Shown in pieces: positions 13,330 to 28,265 of a stretch of 64,000 nt of DNA. Each line of letters starts with the position of its first letter. The stretch's first letter is position 1. The notes under the pieces are model-generated. The model was not told where the DNA came from and searched no databases. It was given only the letters and a program-made list of their open reading frames with translations. Origin of the DNA: Cycas panzhihuaensis (lineage: Eukaryota; Plantae; Cycadophyta); contig CM041465.1 in assembly GCA_023213395.1 (NCBI GenBank), positions 144,839,741 to 144,903,740 on the forward strand. The letters are read 5' to 3'. The translations under genes and the position numbers were made by a program.

Positions 13330-16300
13330 TGAAGAGAAAATGTAACTATGGAAGTAGTGTATTAATATAACTCTAAACTATATGAAGAACAAATAACATA
13401 AATAAACTAAGTACATAACAAAAAATACTAGGAGATTCTAGTATAAGCATAGACTTTATTACTCTAAGCAACAACCATAGAATTACAAAGATGAAAACTT
13501 CAACTCTCTTCTTATCAACTCATCGAGCATTTTTACATGTGTCATTATATAAGAATATATAAATATAAATTTACAAGATAGCTTTGTAGTTTTATAATAT
13601 AATAGACATAAACCATGGACTGAAAAATACCCCTATAAGACACCCAAAAAAAATATTTAAAGGCTTCTGCCTTTAAACCCTTGCTTGGGGGACCATTGGC
13701 CCCCTAGACCCCTTAACTAGGGCCCCTATAATAGGCCTCCAAACTAAGGGTTTTAGGTGTAACACCTATATCTATGTAACACTTGTAAAATGTTTAATAT
13801 ATCCAACAATCTCTCACTTGTTGAATACTTTATTAAAAAAAAACTACATACACAATTATTAAATACCAACATCACAAATATCCATTGCCTTTCTATACCA
13901 TTTAAAATTTTCTATGCTAACAATCTTAGTCAATGAGTCTACAATATTCTCCTATGTAGTAATCTTTTACAAGTCCACTTTGTGGTACTAAATAATTTCT
14001 TTCACAAAATAAAACTATACATCAATATGCTTCAACTGAGTATGAAATGTGGGGTTTTGCATAGGTAGATTACATTATCATAATCTATTCTCATAGCATC
14101 CTACTTGAAACTAACATCTATGCATAATTACTATAACCAAACTACTTCCTTGCATATATGAGTAGTTGCTATATACTCTACTTCTATTCTAAAAAGTGCC
14201 ATAACTTACTATCTTTTATTTATTTAGCTGATTATGTAACCATAAAAGGTAAAAATATACCTGCTTATAGATCTTTTGATATCAAGATCTATAGCCCAAT
14301 CAGTATCAATAAATCCTCTTATGTTTACAGTTCTAATCTCCATCAGATATCCTTAGTAGCAAATTACATAATTTGATATACTCCATAGATACCTAAAAAT
14401 CATTTTCACAGCCACCCAATGTTCCCTACTTGGGTTCGACGTGTACGTATTAACTACTCCCACTGTATGAGTAATGTCTAGTTGAGTGCAAACTATTATA
14501 TATATTAGACTACCAATTACACTAGCATAGGGGATAAATGCCATGTCTTTAACTTCTTGGTGAGTCCTTGGGTATTATTTATCTAATAATTTTAAATAAA
14601 TATGAAGAGAAATAATAACTAGTTTGTTATCCTACAAACTGAACCACTATAATATCTTCTCAATGTATTGCCTTTGGCTAAGCCATATCTTCTTATTTCT
14701 CCTATCCCTTTTTATCTCAATACTCAAAATAAAATATACAACACTAAGGTCCTTCATCTCAAAATGAGATGCCATTTGGCCTTTCATAAGTCAGTTCATT
14801 TCTTTACTATTAGCAACTAAAAGTGTATCATCAATATATAAAGCTAGAAGAACAAACTGATTACCAACCTATTTATAGTAAATAGAATGATCTGCTTTAC
14901 TATGCATAAAACCATCCACCAACATATATGAATTAAACTTATCATACCACATCCTTGGTGACTATTTCAAGCCATATAATGCCTTCTTCAACCTACATAC
15001 CATATTCTCCTTCTCTACAACTTTAAAACCTTTAGGCTACAACATATAATTTTTTTCCTGAAGGTCAATACGAAAAAACACAGTCTTTATATCCACTTGA
15101 TCCACCTCGAGATCATAGGTAACTATTATAATGAATAAAAATTTAATTGAAGCTACTTCTGTAATAAAAGGAAACACCTTACTAAAATCTATTCATTTGA
15201 TATATAAATAGCCCTTTACTCCTAAGCAAGCCTTATACATTTCCATAGTACCATCTGCTTAGAACTTCTTCCTGAAAATCCATTTATTATCAACAGTTTT
15301 TCTATCATTAGGCAAATCCACTAAATCCAATGTATTATTTTGGTCCAAGGCTATTATTTCTTTTTCCATAGCCTTCATACAAAGTTGGCTCTCTTTTGAC
15401 TTTAGAGCCTCTTAAACAATACCTAGATCATCATCTGTAGTAGATAAAATGAAAGAGGAGTGACAGAAGTCTTTAGGAATATAACTTTCAAGTTGTCTTC
15501 TCTAATGAGTTAATCTCCTCAAGATGTAGGATTCTTGAGGTTGGGCTACCTCCATGATTGTTCTTTCTTCTTCAACTAACTCATATCTTGATGTAGAATC
15601 TTCATCCCTTACCTCAAATTATACCTTCTGAGAGTCTTTCTCATTTGATTCTTCATCCTACTTTAGAGGCTTGAATTCCTATCTAAAGACAACATCATAG
15701 TTGTATAAAACTTTATATATTTTAGGGTTATAAAGCTTGTATCCTTTAACACCATCACTATAGCTAATGAAACTAGTCTTTTATATTTTAGAATCAAGTT
15801 TAGTCCTTTACAAGCTAAGAACATGTATAAAAGTTTCACAACCAAAAACTCTAAGTTGACCAAAAGATGGATTCTTACTAGACCACACATCTTTAAGTAT
15901 TTTATACACTAAGGCAATCATTAGTGATATGTTTATCACATAGCTTATAGTCATCACAACTTCAACCCAGAATTTCTTCTCTAAACTAGTAGCATTGAGC
16001 ATACTTCTCAATCTCTCCAATAAAGTCCTATTCATCCTTTCAGCAACTTTGTTTGGTTATAGAATAAAGAAAGTTGTCTTCCATTTTACTATTCCACACT
16101 ACTTATAAAACTACTCAAACTCCTTTGAGAAAAAATCACCTTAATTATTTGTCCTCAACACCTTGATCCACTTGTCACTTTGATTCTCAACTAAGGTATT
16201 GAATTATTTGAATTTATTAAAGACCTTAAATTTTTTCTTGAGAAAATACAACCATATCTTTCTCAAAAAATAATCTATGAATGAGATAAAATATTTGGAC

Positions 16301-18402
16301 CTCCTTAATGAGGGTACATCAATAGGTCTAAAAACTTTACTGTGCACTAGTTACAGAATACCCTTTTCTCCCTTTGAGCTTGAAGGAAAATTGGCTTAAT
16401 TCTATTTACCATAAATATAATGCTCATAAAAATCAAAATCAAAGGAGCCATTAATTCTAAAGATGTATTTTATCATACCTTTAAAAAAGAAATCATGGAG
16501 GCCTTTCTCTCTAATATATCTTAATCTCTTATACCAAAGCATAGCTTGAACAACTAGTGATGCTTGGTTCTTACCTATATTACTGTTTCTATTTATAATA
16601 ACCAAAATATAATTGGCAACACATACCATGCTTATATCAAGCTTATATAATATTCTAAATTAGGCCCATCTTACTAACACGAATGCTCCTTGAACCATAC
16701 TACAATTATCTTCATTAAAAATTACGTTTATTCCTACATCACCCAATTGGCCAACATACAACAGACACATAACTAAACTAAGAATATGACTCATATCCAA
16801 GATAATTTTAATCTTTCCATCCCTAAATTGAACCTTTACCTTTCCATGACCTATAATTTTATATAGGTAATGATTATCAAGGAATACTTCACCTCCATTA
16901 ATACTTTATATTCATAAAACCACCTCCTATAGGGAGTAACATGAAGCAAAACATTATAGTCAATTAACTAAGACTAAACATTCGACAACTTACCTGAGGT
17001 TATTAAATAAACTTGCTATCAACTTTATCATAGGCTTTTACTACTATGGAAGAAGTAGCTTTAAGTGACTTTTCCTTATCAACCTTAACTCAACATTGGC
17101 TCTTCAAATGCCTAGCCTTTCCACATCTCTAACATACCAAATAGCCCCTGCCTGGAGATTTAAATTTTTCTCTAGATTTTATCCATTTGTTCTTAGGCTC
17201 TTATTAGTTGTGATCTAATGTTTGATCTCTTACTACTAATGGTTCTTTTAAATGATCTTCAAAAGATTTTTACCTTATCTCTTCTAATAGCAAGGCAACA
17301 ATAATATTACCAAATTTTAGGGTGTTAGTAGTTATGCTACTAGTCATGGTCATAAAATTATCCAAAGAACTAGAAAGTGAACTTAATAAAGTAAAACATT
17401 TATCTTCCTCAGATATTTTTATCCGAACTAAAATAAGTTGGCTCATAGCACTATTAAATACATTGAGATCATATAACAATATCTCCATCTCTCATCCTAA
17501 GTGAATACAACTCTTTTCAAAGAAATAATTTATTAACCAAGGACTTAGTCTAATATAGAGCATCTAAGTTATTCCATAGATCTTTAGTCATAGACTTTAT
17601 AGCAATATTTAATAACATCGTATTTGAAAGGTGTAACTTTATTAAATTAATTACTTTTTTATTAAGCTTCTTCTAGTCTTTATCAGCCATATTTACAGGC
17701 TTTGTTTCTACTGCAACAGTCTACTAATCCTTCTTGACGAGGATATCTTCTATTTTTAGCTTCCATAGGTCAGAGTTTTGGCCATTGAACTTTTCAATCT
17801 ATATCTTTCTAGTTCTTACCATGATCTTCGTACTCAAGTTCATTGGACAAGGCTCCCACTTACTAAATAGCTTCCTACAGAACTAAAAATCTTAGCTCTG
17901 ATACTAAATAAAGAGAGAATATAACTACAGAAGCAATGTATTAATAGAACTCTAAACCATGCAAAGAATAAATAATATAAATAAACTAAGCATACAATAA
18001 AGAATATTAGGAGATTCTAGTCTAATCATAGATCTTTATTAATTTAAGCAATAGCTAAAGATATATGGAGATAAAAACTCTAACTCTCTTCTCGTCAACT
18101 CATCTAAAACTCATTTAATTTTTTTACATGTGTTGTTACATAAGAATATATAGACACAAATTTACAAGATACCACCTTACAATTTTATAATAAAATAGGC
18201 ATAGACCATGGGCTGAAAAAGAACCTTATAAGACACTTAAATTATTTTTGGGGATCCCACCCCTAAACCCCTATCTAAGGGGCCATTGGCCCCCTAGACC
18301 CCTAGCTGAGGTCTTTACAATGGGCCTTTAGACCTTATTAATGGGTTCTGATATAATGTTTATACTCATATAATACTTGCAAAGTGTTCAATATATCCAA
18401 CA
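13330..18402 (-). mobile_element. Element C: decayed full-length Ty1/copia (Tork/Tnt1-like)
   Basis: LTRs 13330-13808 and 17909-18402; PBS 17895-17906; PPT AAGTGAGAGAT 13809-13819; TSD TTTAG/TTTAA. Confidence 0.92.
13860..17822 (-). pseudogene. Copia gag-pol of C
   Basis: IEKFNGQNSDLWKLKIEDIL (Gag), MNRTLLERLRSML (integrase), PYASVIGSLIY..REHWVAVK (RT); many premature stops. Confidence 0.9.
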
Positions 18403-19685
18403 TTTAAAAATTATAAAGATCTATTATTTTAGGCTAAGCATATATGGATACATGCCCGTGCATGAAATGAAGTAGATAATAGTACTTACATAGGTATTAG
18501 ATAAAACTTGGCTATGGGAATAAGCCTCCACATACCTTTGGGTATATTAGAGTATCCCTATATATTCCTTTACCTTACTTATTTATAGGAAAATTATTAG
18601 TTGCCTATTTTTTATAATGTATTGGTTAGTGGTCAATACCAGGAAGCTACCCCACCTAAACAACTATATATAACTTTTGTAGCTATCAGTATAGATATCC
18701 TCCATAGTTGGTTCCCTGAGATATTAGGTTGAGTATAAGTAATGACAAAGAGATCCACTGAAAGGCCTATAGAATCAAGTAATCTTATGTTATAATTGGT
18801 AGGCTATCTTTTATATCAAATACTTCTACAAGATAATCTGAGACTATTATACTTTCGTAAGATAATTTTAGATTATTGTATTTTCATAAGATAATATAAT
18901 CTATCGACATCATTGAATGTCTAAAAAGAATCGAAGCCACTACATACTCTTAAATTATAAAAGAACACTAAAAGTTATAACATCAACAAAAAGACAACAT
19001 CAACCTATATCACAGACACAATAGCAACCAACCTATAGCATAGAGATAAGAATAGAATATCTAAAGGCTTCTTGTGTAAACCTTCAACTCAAATTTTGAT
19101 CCCAACACCCTATTCTCTTATTCTAAAGTCTGTCCATTAAGAAGAAAAAACTAAAAAAAGAGAGAGAAAAGCCCCCCATTTGGCCTATAGGGTCACTTTA
19201 GGAAATACTTATTTAATTAAGATGAAATCTATACCAATAGACTCAAGACAAAAAATTAGAGGAGTATTAGGCCAAAATTTTTACCTAATTATATATACAT
19301 CTTATTTTAATCAAATGTCATACTAATCATCTTAGGCTAGGTCAATCCCAAACCTTTTTTCAATAAAAAATGACAAGTGGACCTTGTTAGCCTAAAAATT
19401 ACACATAATCTTACCTATATTATTTTGAAGATCTCTTTGCACTTATCATGATGCATTAAGTGGGATTGTTACCTAATTTTCACCCTGTCCACATATATTT
19501 ATACCCAAGAGGTTAACAGGCTATAGATAACTTTGTCCCCACCCTTCTACATTAGTCTAATATCTTGGATATTATTCTTTTTCTCCTATCCCTTTTTTTA
19601 GCAACCCTTTCTTCTCCTCTTCACCCCTCTTTTTTACATCCCTCCTTCCTTATGGTGGTTTGCAATAGTGACAAATATAAATATA

Positions 19686-22600
19686 ATGGCCTGCACATAA
19701 GCTAAAAATATCCAAGCACTCAAAGCTGAAGTTGATAACATAAACACCAATGTGATATAAGCAAAAGAAAACTTATTTAAAGAAATTGTTAATCTCAAAA
19801 ATAACCTTGCATCCATGTATAATAATTTCACAACTCAGATAACACATGTCATTGTAGAGCTCAACAGACTTTTAATAGCTACGGCCAACACACCCTCTCC
19901 CTTAAACTCAATAAGTAGAACACCTCCACCAATACCTTTAGTGCCAACACTAACACAATACCCATGGTACCACAAGATCAATATACCCATGTTTGATCTT
20001 AATCTTAATAGGGACTTCGTTAGGATCTAGATTAGTAAGCTCAAATTATACTTTGCTCTTAACCTAATAGCCTTAGATGAGAAATTAACCTTTGCTTCTA
20101 TCCACTTAGAAGACAAGGCCCACCATTGGTTTCATTAGTGGTAAAAAGAAAACCAAGTTTAGATATGGGCCCTATTCTATGAGAATTTCTTCAAGCAATA
20201 TAAGGATACCTAGAATTAATCATTCTTTAGTTAACTCACTCCACTAAAGTAAACTTCATTAGTTGAAATCTACATAGAAGAATTTTAGGCACTCCTTAAT
20301 AGAGTTTCTTAGTAGGTTGATTGTGTAACTCTCATTGAAATATATATAATAGGGTTGAAGGAGCTAATTCAAATATGCCTAAAGAGAATTACCATTCCAA
20401 CTCTTTGAGATACCATTATTATGGCCAAAGTAGTGGAAGTAGAGTTTGTAGCAAAATACCAACCCAACTTTCAATGGGATTTTAACTGGTACTAACATCC
20501 ACAATTTATAGAATAATAACCACAACTATGAGAGTTCGAATAACAACAACCATCTACAACCACACCTTCTTTAGATCTAGTTAATGTTCCTCCTGAATAA
20601 GCAAATAAATAGATGCGAGCTAATGTATATATGAAATGCTTAAAGAAATGGGCCCTCAATCATAACAAAGTATGTAAAGTAAAAAAGATGATCTATACTA
20701 TTGATGTTGATTTAGAAGATGATTTTGACACTGATTATAATAGGCTCAACTAAGTTGTTGATGAGATCCCTCCCTACCACAAGAACCTGAGGTCTCATTA
20801 TTATTCATCTCTTCTATGTCATTCCCTTAACCTCTTTAGGTCAAAGAAACACTTAAAACGAACACCTATAAATCTCCTAATCTATAGTGGCACAATTCAA
20901 AACTTTATTGGCATGCCTTTGACTCATCAACTCAACCTATATACCATACCTAAAACTAAATTTACTTGTTCCCTACCTAGTCATCTCACCCTCTATTATA
21001 CTAATATGATAAAGAATGTACAAATTCAAATAGGCACATACACTCTGATTTTAGACTTTTATACCCTATCTATAGGTGGGTTTGATGCCATCCTTGGGTC
21101 TAGTATCTCCAAACACTTGGTACTTATAGTATCAATCATTTTATAAATAACTCATTCATACGTTCTAGATATGATCATGGACAAACCTATAAACTTTATG
21201 GGATATAGACTCCTCTTAATAAACTTATTTCTCCTAACATGATGCATCAACACTTAAATAATAGTGTGGGGTACATAGTTCGTCTCAATAATATTGAAGC
21301 ACATGTCACAACCAACCCTAATATTTAAAATCTAATCACCAAATACCAATATATTTTTTAACCTATTTTAGGCACCACCCCCAGATCATGGATTCTATGA
21401 CTCAATAAAACTCAAACACCCCCATAATCTAATTAGCTTAAGACCATACTAAAGCTCATTTTTTTAAAAGAATAAGATTGAAATATAGTTGAACTCATGG
21501 ACATGGGAGTTATACAACCTAATAAGAATCTCTATCTGATGCTAATTGTCTTAGTATAGAAAAGAGATGGTCCATTATACTTATGTGTGGACTATAGTGA
21601 ACTTAACAATATTACAATTAAAAATAAATTTTCCACACCTAGGATTGATGATATGCTTGATGAAATCCATGGTTACACTATATTTTCTAAACTCAACCTT
21701 CAATTTGGCTATTACTAAACACATATCACTCTAAGGACTATTATAAAATTATATTCTGCATACATCATTACCACTTTGAGTTTTAAGTTATGCCTTTCAA
21801 GCTTTATAATACCCCTACCACTTTTTAGGCCCTCATGAATATGATATTTGCACCATACTTAGACAAGTTTATTACTATTTTTTTTATGATAAACTTATCT
21901 ATAACTTTAACATACCCCTCCACCTTCAGAATTTGGAAAAAGCTCTCTAAATCCTTACTTAATAAAATCTTAGTGCTAAGTTGTTAAAGTATGAATTTGG
22001 TGAGATAGAATTGTAATACCTAAGATATATCATTTCAATAGAAGGAATCTAAGTTGACCTAAGTAAAATCTCTACTATTATATCTTGGCTTGTACCCAAA
22101 AAATTAATATACCTTCATACCTTCCTTGGTCTTACAAGGTTTTACAGATGGTTCATTCATAACTATGCTTCTATTATTGGCCTTCTAACCAATTTGCTCT
22201 ACAAGGACTGCTTTTAATGGTCTCTAGTCACTAAGGATGCATTCAACCACCTTACTCAATCCCAATTCTTTCCACTCTAAATTTTTCTCAACCATTCTAA
22301 CTAGAGTATGATGCCTAAGGATTTAGATTAAGAGCCATACTTATACAGAACTTCCACCTTAGTGCCTTTAAAAGTCATAAACTAAAGGACCATAAATGTT
22401 ATTTATCCACCTATCAAAAGGACATGAAGGCCATTCTACACATAATTAACAAGTGATAATATATCTCCTAAGCTTGACATTTACAATCCTTACAAATAAT
22501 CATAGCCTTCAGATACTCCTCAATGAATTGGTCCTATCAGAAGAACATGCTAAGTAGCTTGATCACCTACAAGTGTTTAACTTTATTATAATGAATAAAA

Positions 22601-24105
22601 AGGAGAAGGATAATTTTGTTAATAATGCACTCTCATAACTACCCCCTGAACCCATGATTCAGGCAAGCTCTTAACCCAAACCCACATGGCTTATGGACTT
22701 GGCAATTACCAACTAGTCTCAACTAGATTATTTCTAATGGTTGACAAAATCCCTCACTTAAAAGGATTGGTCTTTTGACAATGACCTCCTAATGTATAAA
22801 AATTATATTTTTATTCATCCTAATTCCCCTTTTATTTCTTGAAACCTGTCTAAATACCACCCCTCCCCTCTTGGCAGTTACTTAGGTTTTGATAAAACTT
22901 ACTGATATATCTACTCTGATTTCTACTAGTTATATATGAAGACAATAATCCTTATATTTGTAATAGAATGACTCACATGCTAGCAAAACAAAATTGATAT
23001 AAGGGCCCAATCAAGGTTTCTCTAACCCTTGTATATTCCCCATGATAAATGGTAAGACACTATTATGGACTTCATCATAGGACTTCTATTATTTGTTAAG
23101 TTTGGCTCTATTTAGGTCATCATCAACATGCTAATAAAGTACGCTTAATTTTTATGATTATGTAACTTTTATAAGGTTATTCACCTTGTAGATATATAAA
23201 TCCAATCTATCTTCTCCCTCTATGGATTCCCTTCAATAATTGTATATGACAAAAATCCTAAGTTCAAAAGCTTATTCTAGTAAGAACTTTTTTATGTCTT
23301 AGACACCTCATTTAATATGAGCTTGATGTACCATCCTCAAACCAACGAGTAATTTGAGGTTCTCAAAAAAACTTTAGAAATATATCTCCATTGCTTGCCT
23401 TAGAATACCAAAGTAAATGGTCATTGTGGCTTATTCTTATTGAATATTGCTATAACTCCTCCCACCATGCTGCCATTGGTATCTCCTCTTTTATGGCCTT
23501 ATATGATTACCCCCTACCCTCCCATCATATTGTAGTAACCAACCTTTGAACAATCATTGTCTAATAAAAATTAGAAGATATGGATCAAATCTTATACGCC
23601 TTTAATTAGAACCTAGTTTCGGCCTAAACTTGCATAAAATAATTAGCCAAATATCACCATTCTAACTGAGAGTTTACAATAGGTGACACGATGTTCCTTT
23701 AACTTCAACTATATAAGTAATAATCCCTCTGTAATAATAAAAATCATAAGCTTAGCCCATGCTATTATGGCCTTTACAAAGTCCTTCAAAGGATCATATA
23801 AGTCCCCTACGCCCTTGAGCTCCCACTTGACACCAAAATACATAATATTTTTTATGTCTCTTATTTGAAAAAGTATCTTAGCAAAAGGTTATTCCCTAGA
23901 CTACCCTACCTATTTTGGATGAAGAATAGATTCTCAAGGTCCCTCTAGATTGTATCTTGGCTATAAGGTAATGTTATCTATGGAACTTAACTATCTCTAA
24001 GTGTTTGGTATAGTGGGTCAGTTATGATCCAAAAGAGATAGCATGGGAATCAATAGTGTCTATCAATTAATATCTACATCTTTGTTGCTTTGTGGATTCA
24101 ACATC
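19686..24105 (+). pseudogene. Gypsy gag-pol of B with chromodomain
   Basis: KINIPMFD..ASIHLEDKAHHWF (Gag), LCVDYSELN..PRIDDMLDEIHG (RT, ~21580), KLSPCYYGLYKVL..IHNIFYVSYLKK (~23745), CLV*WVSYDPKEIAWES (~24000). Confidence 0.88.
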
Positions 24106-24319
24106 TTAGGGGAGTGGACTTATTATATAACTACTTATTAATCATGAAGAGTGACTACTAGCACATGTGATTAACTTAATAGTTAGTATTAACCGTTAAC
24201 TTTTGTACATAGACCATTTGGACTGCCAATAGAATTGTAAGTCATTTCTCCCTCCAATAAGATTCTATGTAAAGTATCTATCATTGCCTATTTAAGGCCC
24301 AAGAAATGTGCATGGATTT

Positions 24320-27300
24320 TATAGTAAGCCCTTATTATCAATAGCATATAAAAGAAAATTTCTAATAGATCATGAAGATATTTCTTACATATTCACAATA
24401 AAAAGTATTCTTAATAGAGTTTTCAACTAAGATAATCCATTCATCTAATAATAGATCATCCAAATAAAGATAAATCATAGTAATAAGAAATAACAAAACC
24501 TAATTACAACGTCCAATAGCAATGAACTCTCTTCGAGGTGAGAGAGACCCTCTAGCAGGTATAAGGCCCTAATGGCATGAAGCCATTATATCATAAGGTA
24601 ATAAATTATTTAAGGTGCATATAAATGAGGAAGGCTTCTTTATTTATAGCCTTCAAAATCCAACTCCTATTTTTTCCTCCAAAAAATTGACTTCAAAATG
24701 AAATAAAAATAAATGATTCTTCTTTTAATGCTCTTAAAAATTGACTTCTTAATAATATTTTCTTTTATAAAATTGACTTCATAATGATAATTTTCCTCTA
24801 TAGGAAACTAGTTCTATCCTTATTTTAGGAATGCTACAATTCCCCTCCCCTTAAAATAATATTTTACCCTCAAAGTATTGGGGATTGCTTGTAGCTTGGT
24901 CTAATCTTCTGTCCACCACTTGCTAAATTATGTATGTCATAAATATTTGGCTCAATCTTACAGCTTCTATGGAACTTTGCTAGCAGGTATCTTGAATTCA
25001 TTGATGTTTATTCCTAGGTTTTGGTACATACTATATCTTGTCCTATATTAGAAGGATCCTAGGACTTGTGAGGTGTCTTACATGCATCATCTTGGTCTTG
25101 CATTATGTTTGTATATTTTATTTTTAGATGGAATGGTTTATGGAAAGATAAGTGAGGACTTTATAAAAAGAATTAATTGTAAGGATCATGGATTGATGAT
25201 TGCTTATCATGAAAAGGAAAAAAAGAGGTATGATTATGAACTGAGATTAGACATAGATTTAAAAGCATAAGAAGAAAGTATAAAGTTTAGAATTTATCTT
25301 AAATGGAGATGAGAATTTATGCAATATTTATTGGACCATAATATTTCTTGGAAAAGAAAGATATATAAAGTATTAGTGGTACACATGCTTTACAAAGAAG
25401 AAAAGACTTTAATAAGATTCTAGAAATGGTATTCAAATAAAATAAAAGATTCAACTAAAAAAAATAATATTGATAATATGGAATTGAAGGGAGTTAGGAA
25501 GGGCCAAATGGGGTTTCATAAGGGGTAATAATCATATTAAGTGATGAAATCTAATGAAATGAGGATGGTAGATTTATAATAGTCTAATGAAAGAAATTTC
25601 TAGGGGGGAAAGGGATGTGTAAAGATAATACGAAATCAGAGTTATAAAAGAGAATTAGGATTTTTCCTATGATAAAGAGAGAGTTAAGGTAATTTAAACT
25701 TTAGTTAACTATGGTAAAAGGAGGAGAATATTTTTCTACATCTATTAAGCTAGGAAATAAGAGAAGGTAATTGAAACTTCCAAATAGAATTTGTATGTGT
25801 AATACAAGATCGAGAGCTACCTTGAGTACCTTGTTGGATTCATATGTGGCCCAATGCAGTTCTTCTTCAGATTCTTCTATATCTATTAGTTATTCTGTCA
25901 CTTATTCATCCATAATTTTATGTTTATTTTGCTTGGATTCTCCATGGATCTATTCCTTTGTTTTAATTCACCCCTTGGAAGATCCTTTCACCAAGTGATC
26001 TGATGTTGTATGTATCTACTTTGGGTCTTCTATGCAGTCATGTTATTCCCCTTAAACTGGTTGGTATTCATGTTCCTAGAAAGTCTTTGAGATCTCCTTA
26101 TTAATAGTTTCTTCTTCTTCTTCTCCTTCTTCTTCCACTTCTACCCCTTTGTCTAGTCACTTTGAGACTTTAGTATCATCACCTTAATCATGGTTTGATA
26201 ATGATCTTTTTTTATTATATAAAAGTTTTGATAAATGCACGTTAAAACCAAAACCAATTAGTGTATCCTATTGATTGGTTGGAATAATTAGTGAATTAAT
26301 CAGGAAATTTTTATCCCAAGAATAGTTCTAAGTCTACCCAATAATCTTCAATTTCTATATTCCACATGAATTTATTCTGAGCTTCAATATATTCTCCTAT
26401 ATCAATGGCTTCATTTGGCTTAAAAAGGTCGAATATCTTTCCCTATCTAAAATTAATGCTCTCAATTATCTCCTTGTTCATAAAGGTTAGAATTTTAATA
26501 ATAAAAGTCTATATTATTCACTGGTCAAAACTATCATATATGACCACTCATAATGATCGCCTTTGAACCAAGAATCCAATGGTTTAAATAACACTATAAT
26601 CTAATACTTGTAGCAAGAGTTATGGACAAAAATATCTAGGTACCCCCTTTAAAAAATTAAACTTAAAAAAAAAAAAAAGAAAAAAAAAAAAATTAAAAAT
26701 AAAAAACAAGCTAAACCTATTTTAGGTTGTAGGCCTTAGTTATCTTGAAAACTCTTATGTGACCACCTATCTATAATTAAGGGGGGTAAATAGTTAGACT
26801 CTAAATAATATATATTAGGGTTTAATTATATAAAAATCCTTAGAAACAAAAAATAATCTATGATTTCATCGATTCATCTAGCACATTAAATTTTACTTAT
26901 GCTTGATACACCTCTGTATTAAATCATTAAATCCCTTCTTGATTGTGCATATGGACCTTTTTTTTGTTTAATGGTTGCTTAATTCTTTAGTTCTTGTGGG
27001 AATATCCCCTCATCTTAATTATTTTATGGTAATGGAATTTCCTGCTAATGGTTCCTACCTAATGATGCCTATCATAGGTGCTTTGGTTTCATCTTCAACA
27101 TATTGCATGAGGGATCTTTCTATGTTTTTCATGGGGATTACCATTGACTCTACTCAAAAGTGATATGTGGATAAAAAATTCTATTACTGAGCCCTTAAAA
27201 TTATGTCTATTCCCATAAATATGATAAAGTAAGCCTTATCTTAATTCCCACTACTTAGCATTATCCCGTGTTGCTCTGATTACTGATTCAGTGAACTATA

Positions 27301-28265
27301 AGGAACCCTTATTCATATGATGCTCTACCTATGGTAGTTACTACTCTTAGTCTCGAATGGATGTTTCCTACATTCTCTTCCTTGAAGACCTAAAGTTAAC
27401 TTACTCTTGCTAGCAAACTCTTGGATGCCACCCATAGACTCATTTAGCTCCTTGATTTAATCATTTGGGGAATACCTTGTTAAAAATTACAACCTATAAA
27501 ACTAAAAGAAATAGGGCAGAGAACTCCACAAGGTTCGTTTATCCTCTACTAAATAGAAGGTATGGAGAGGATTCAAGGAAAGTAGCAATTCAAAGCTCTA
27601 AGATGGCAAACACTAACAATAATCCTGATGGATGGTTATCATGGTAGCTATTGAGCATTGGACACCTTTATAGGATCACAAATAGAGAAAATAACCTTTC
27701 ATAGATATGTACTTCAAAAAAGAGGGGAACGTAGGCTTTAATATTAGTTTTAGCAAACCCTTATTATAAATAGTATACAAAATCAAATTTCTAATAGATC
27801 ATAAAGAAATTTCTTATATATTCATAATATAAAGTATTCTTAATAGAGTTTTAGGTAGAGATAATTCATTCATCCAATAATACATCATCAAAATAAAGAT
27901 AAATTATAGTAATAAGGAATAATAAACATGATTACAATGTCCAATAGTTATGGATCCTCTTTGAGATAAAGCAACCCTCTAATAGTCACAAGGCACTAAT
28001 GGCATGAAGCCATTATACTATAAGGTAATAAATTTTTTAAGGTGCATACAAATGAGGAAGGCTACTCTATTTATAGTCTTTAAAATTTAACTCCTATTTT
28101 TCCCTCTAAAAAATTAACTTCAAAATGAAATAAAAATAAATGATTCTTCATTTAGTTCTCCTAAAACATGACTTCTTAATACTATTTTCTTTCATAAAAC
28201 TAACTTCATAATGACAAATTTTCTGTATAGGAAATCAATTTCATCTTTATGTTAGGAATGCTACA
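24320..28265 (-). mobile_element. Element D: non-autonomous chromovirus-type LTR element (TR-GAG-like) in B's 3' LTR
   Basis: LTRs 24320-24838 and 27749-28265; PPT AAGGGGAGGGGAAT about 24839-24854; decayed PBS about 27735-27746; TSD GATTT/GATGT; 2.9-kb interior with no RT or integrase seen. Confidence 0.88.
26221..26445 (-). pseudogene. Diverged Gag N-terminal fragment in D
   Basis: KIFDLFKPNEAIDIGEYIEAQNKFM..KFPD*F..TNWFWF*RAFIKTF parallels A Gag KISLEKFDPDKSRDIRGWI..ALKWY..SWQNMK. Confidence 0.55.

Larger units (their letters stand above)
13297..19551. mobile_element. Solo LTR L (~1.18 kb net) in B's 5' leader, interrupted by copia C
   Basis: Ends TGTAG..CTACA; TSD CTAGT (13292-13296) / TTAGT (19552-19556); non-coding; net pieces 13297-13329 and 18408-19551. 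Confidence 0.65.

Noticed and set aside
13220-19518. Alternative solo-LTR boundaries TGTTA..TAACA
   Set aside because: Flanks TCCTA/GGCTA match poorly; 13297-19551 gives a better TSD.
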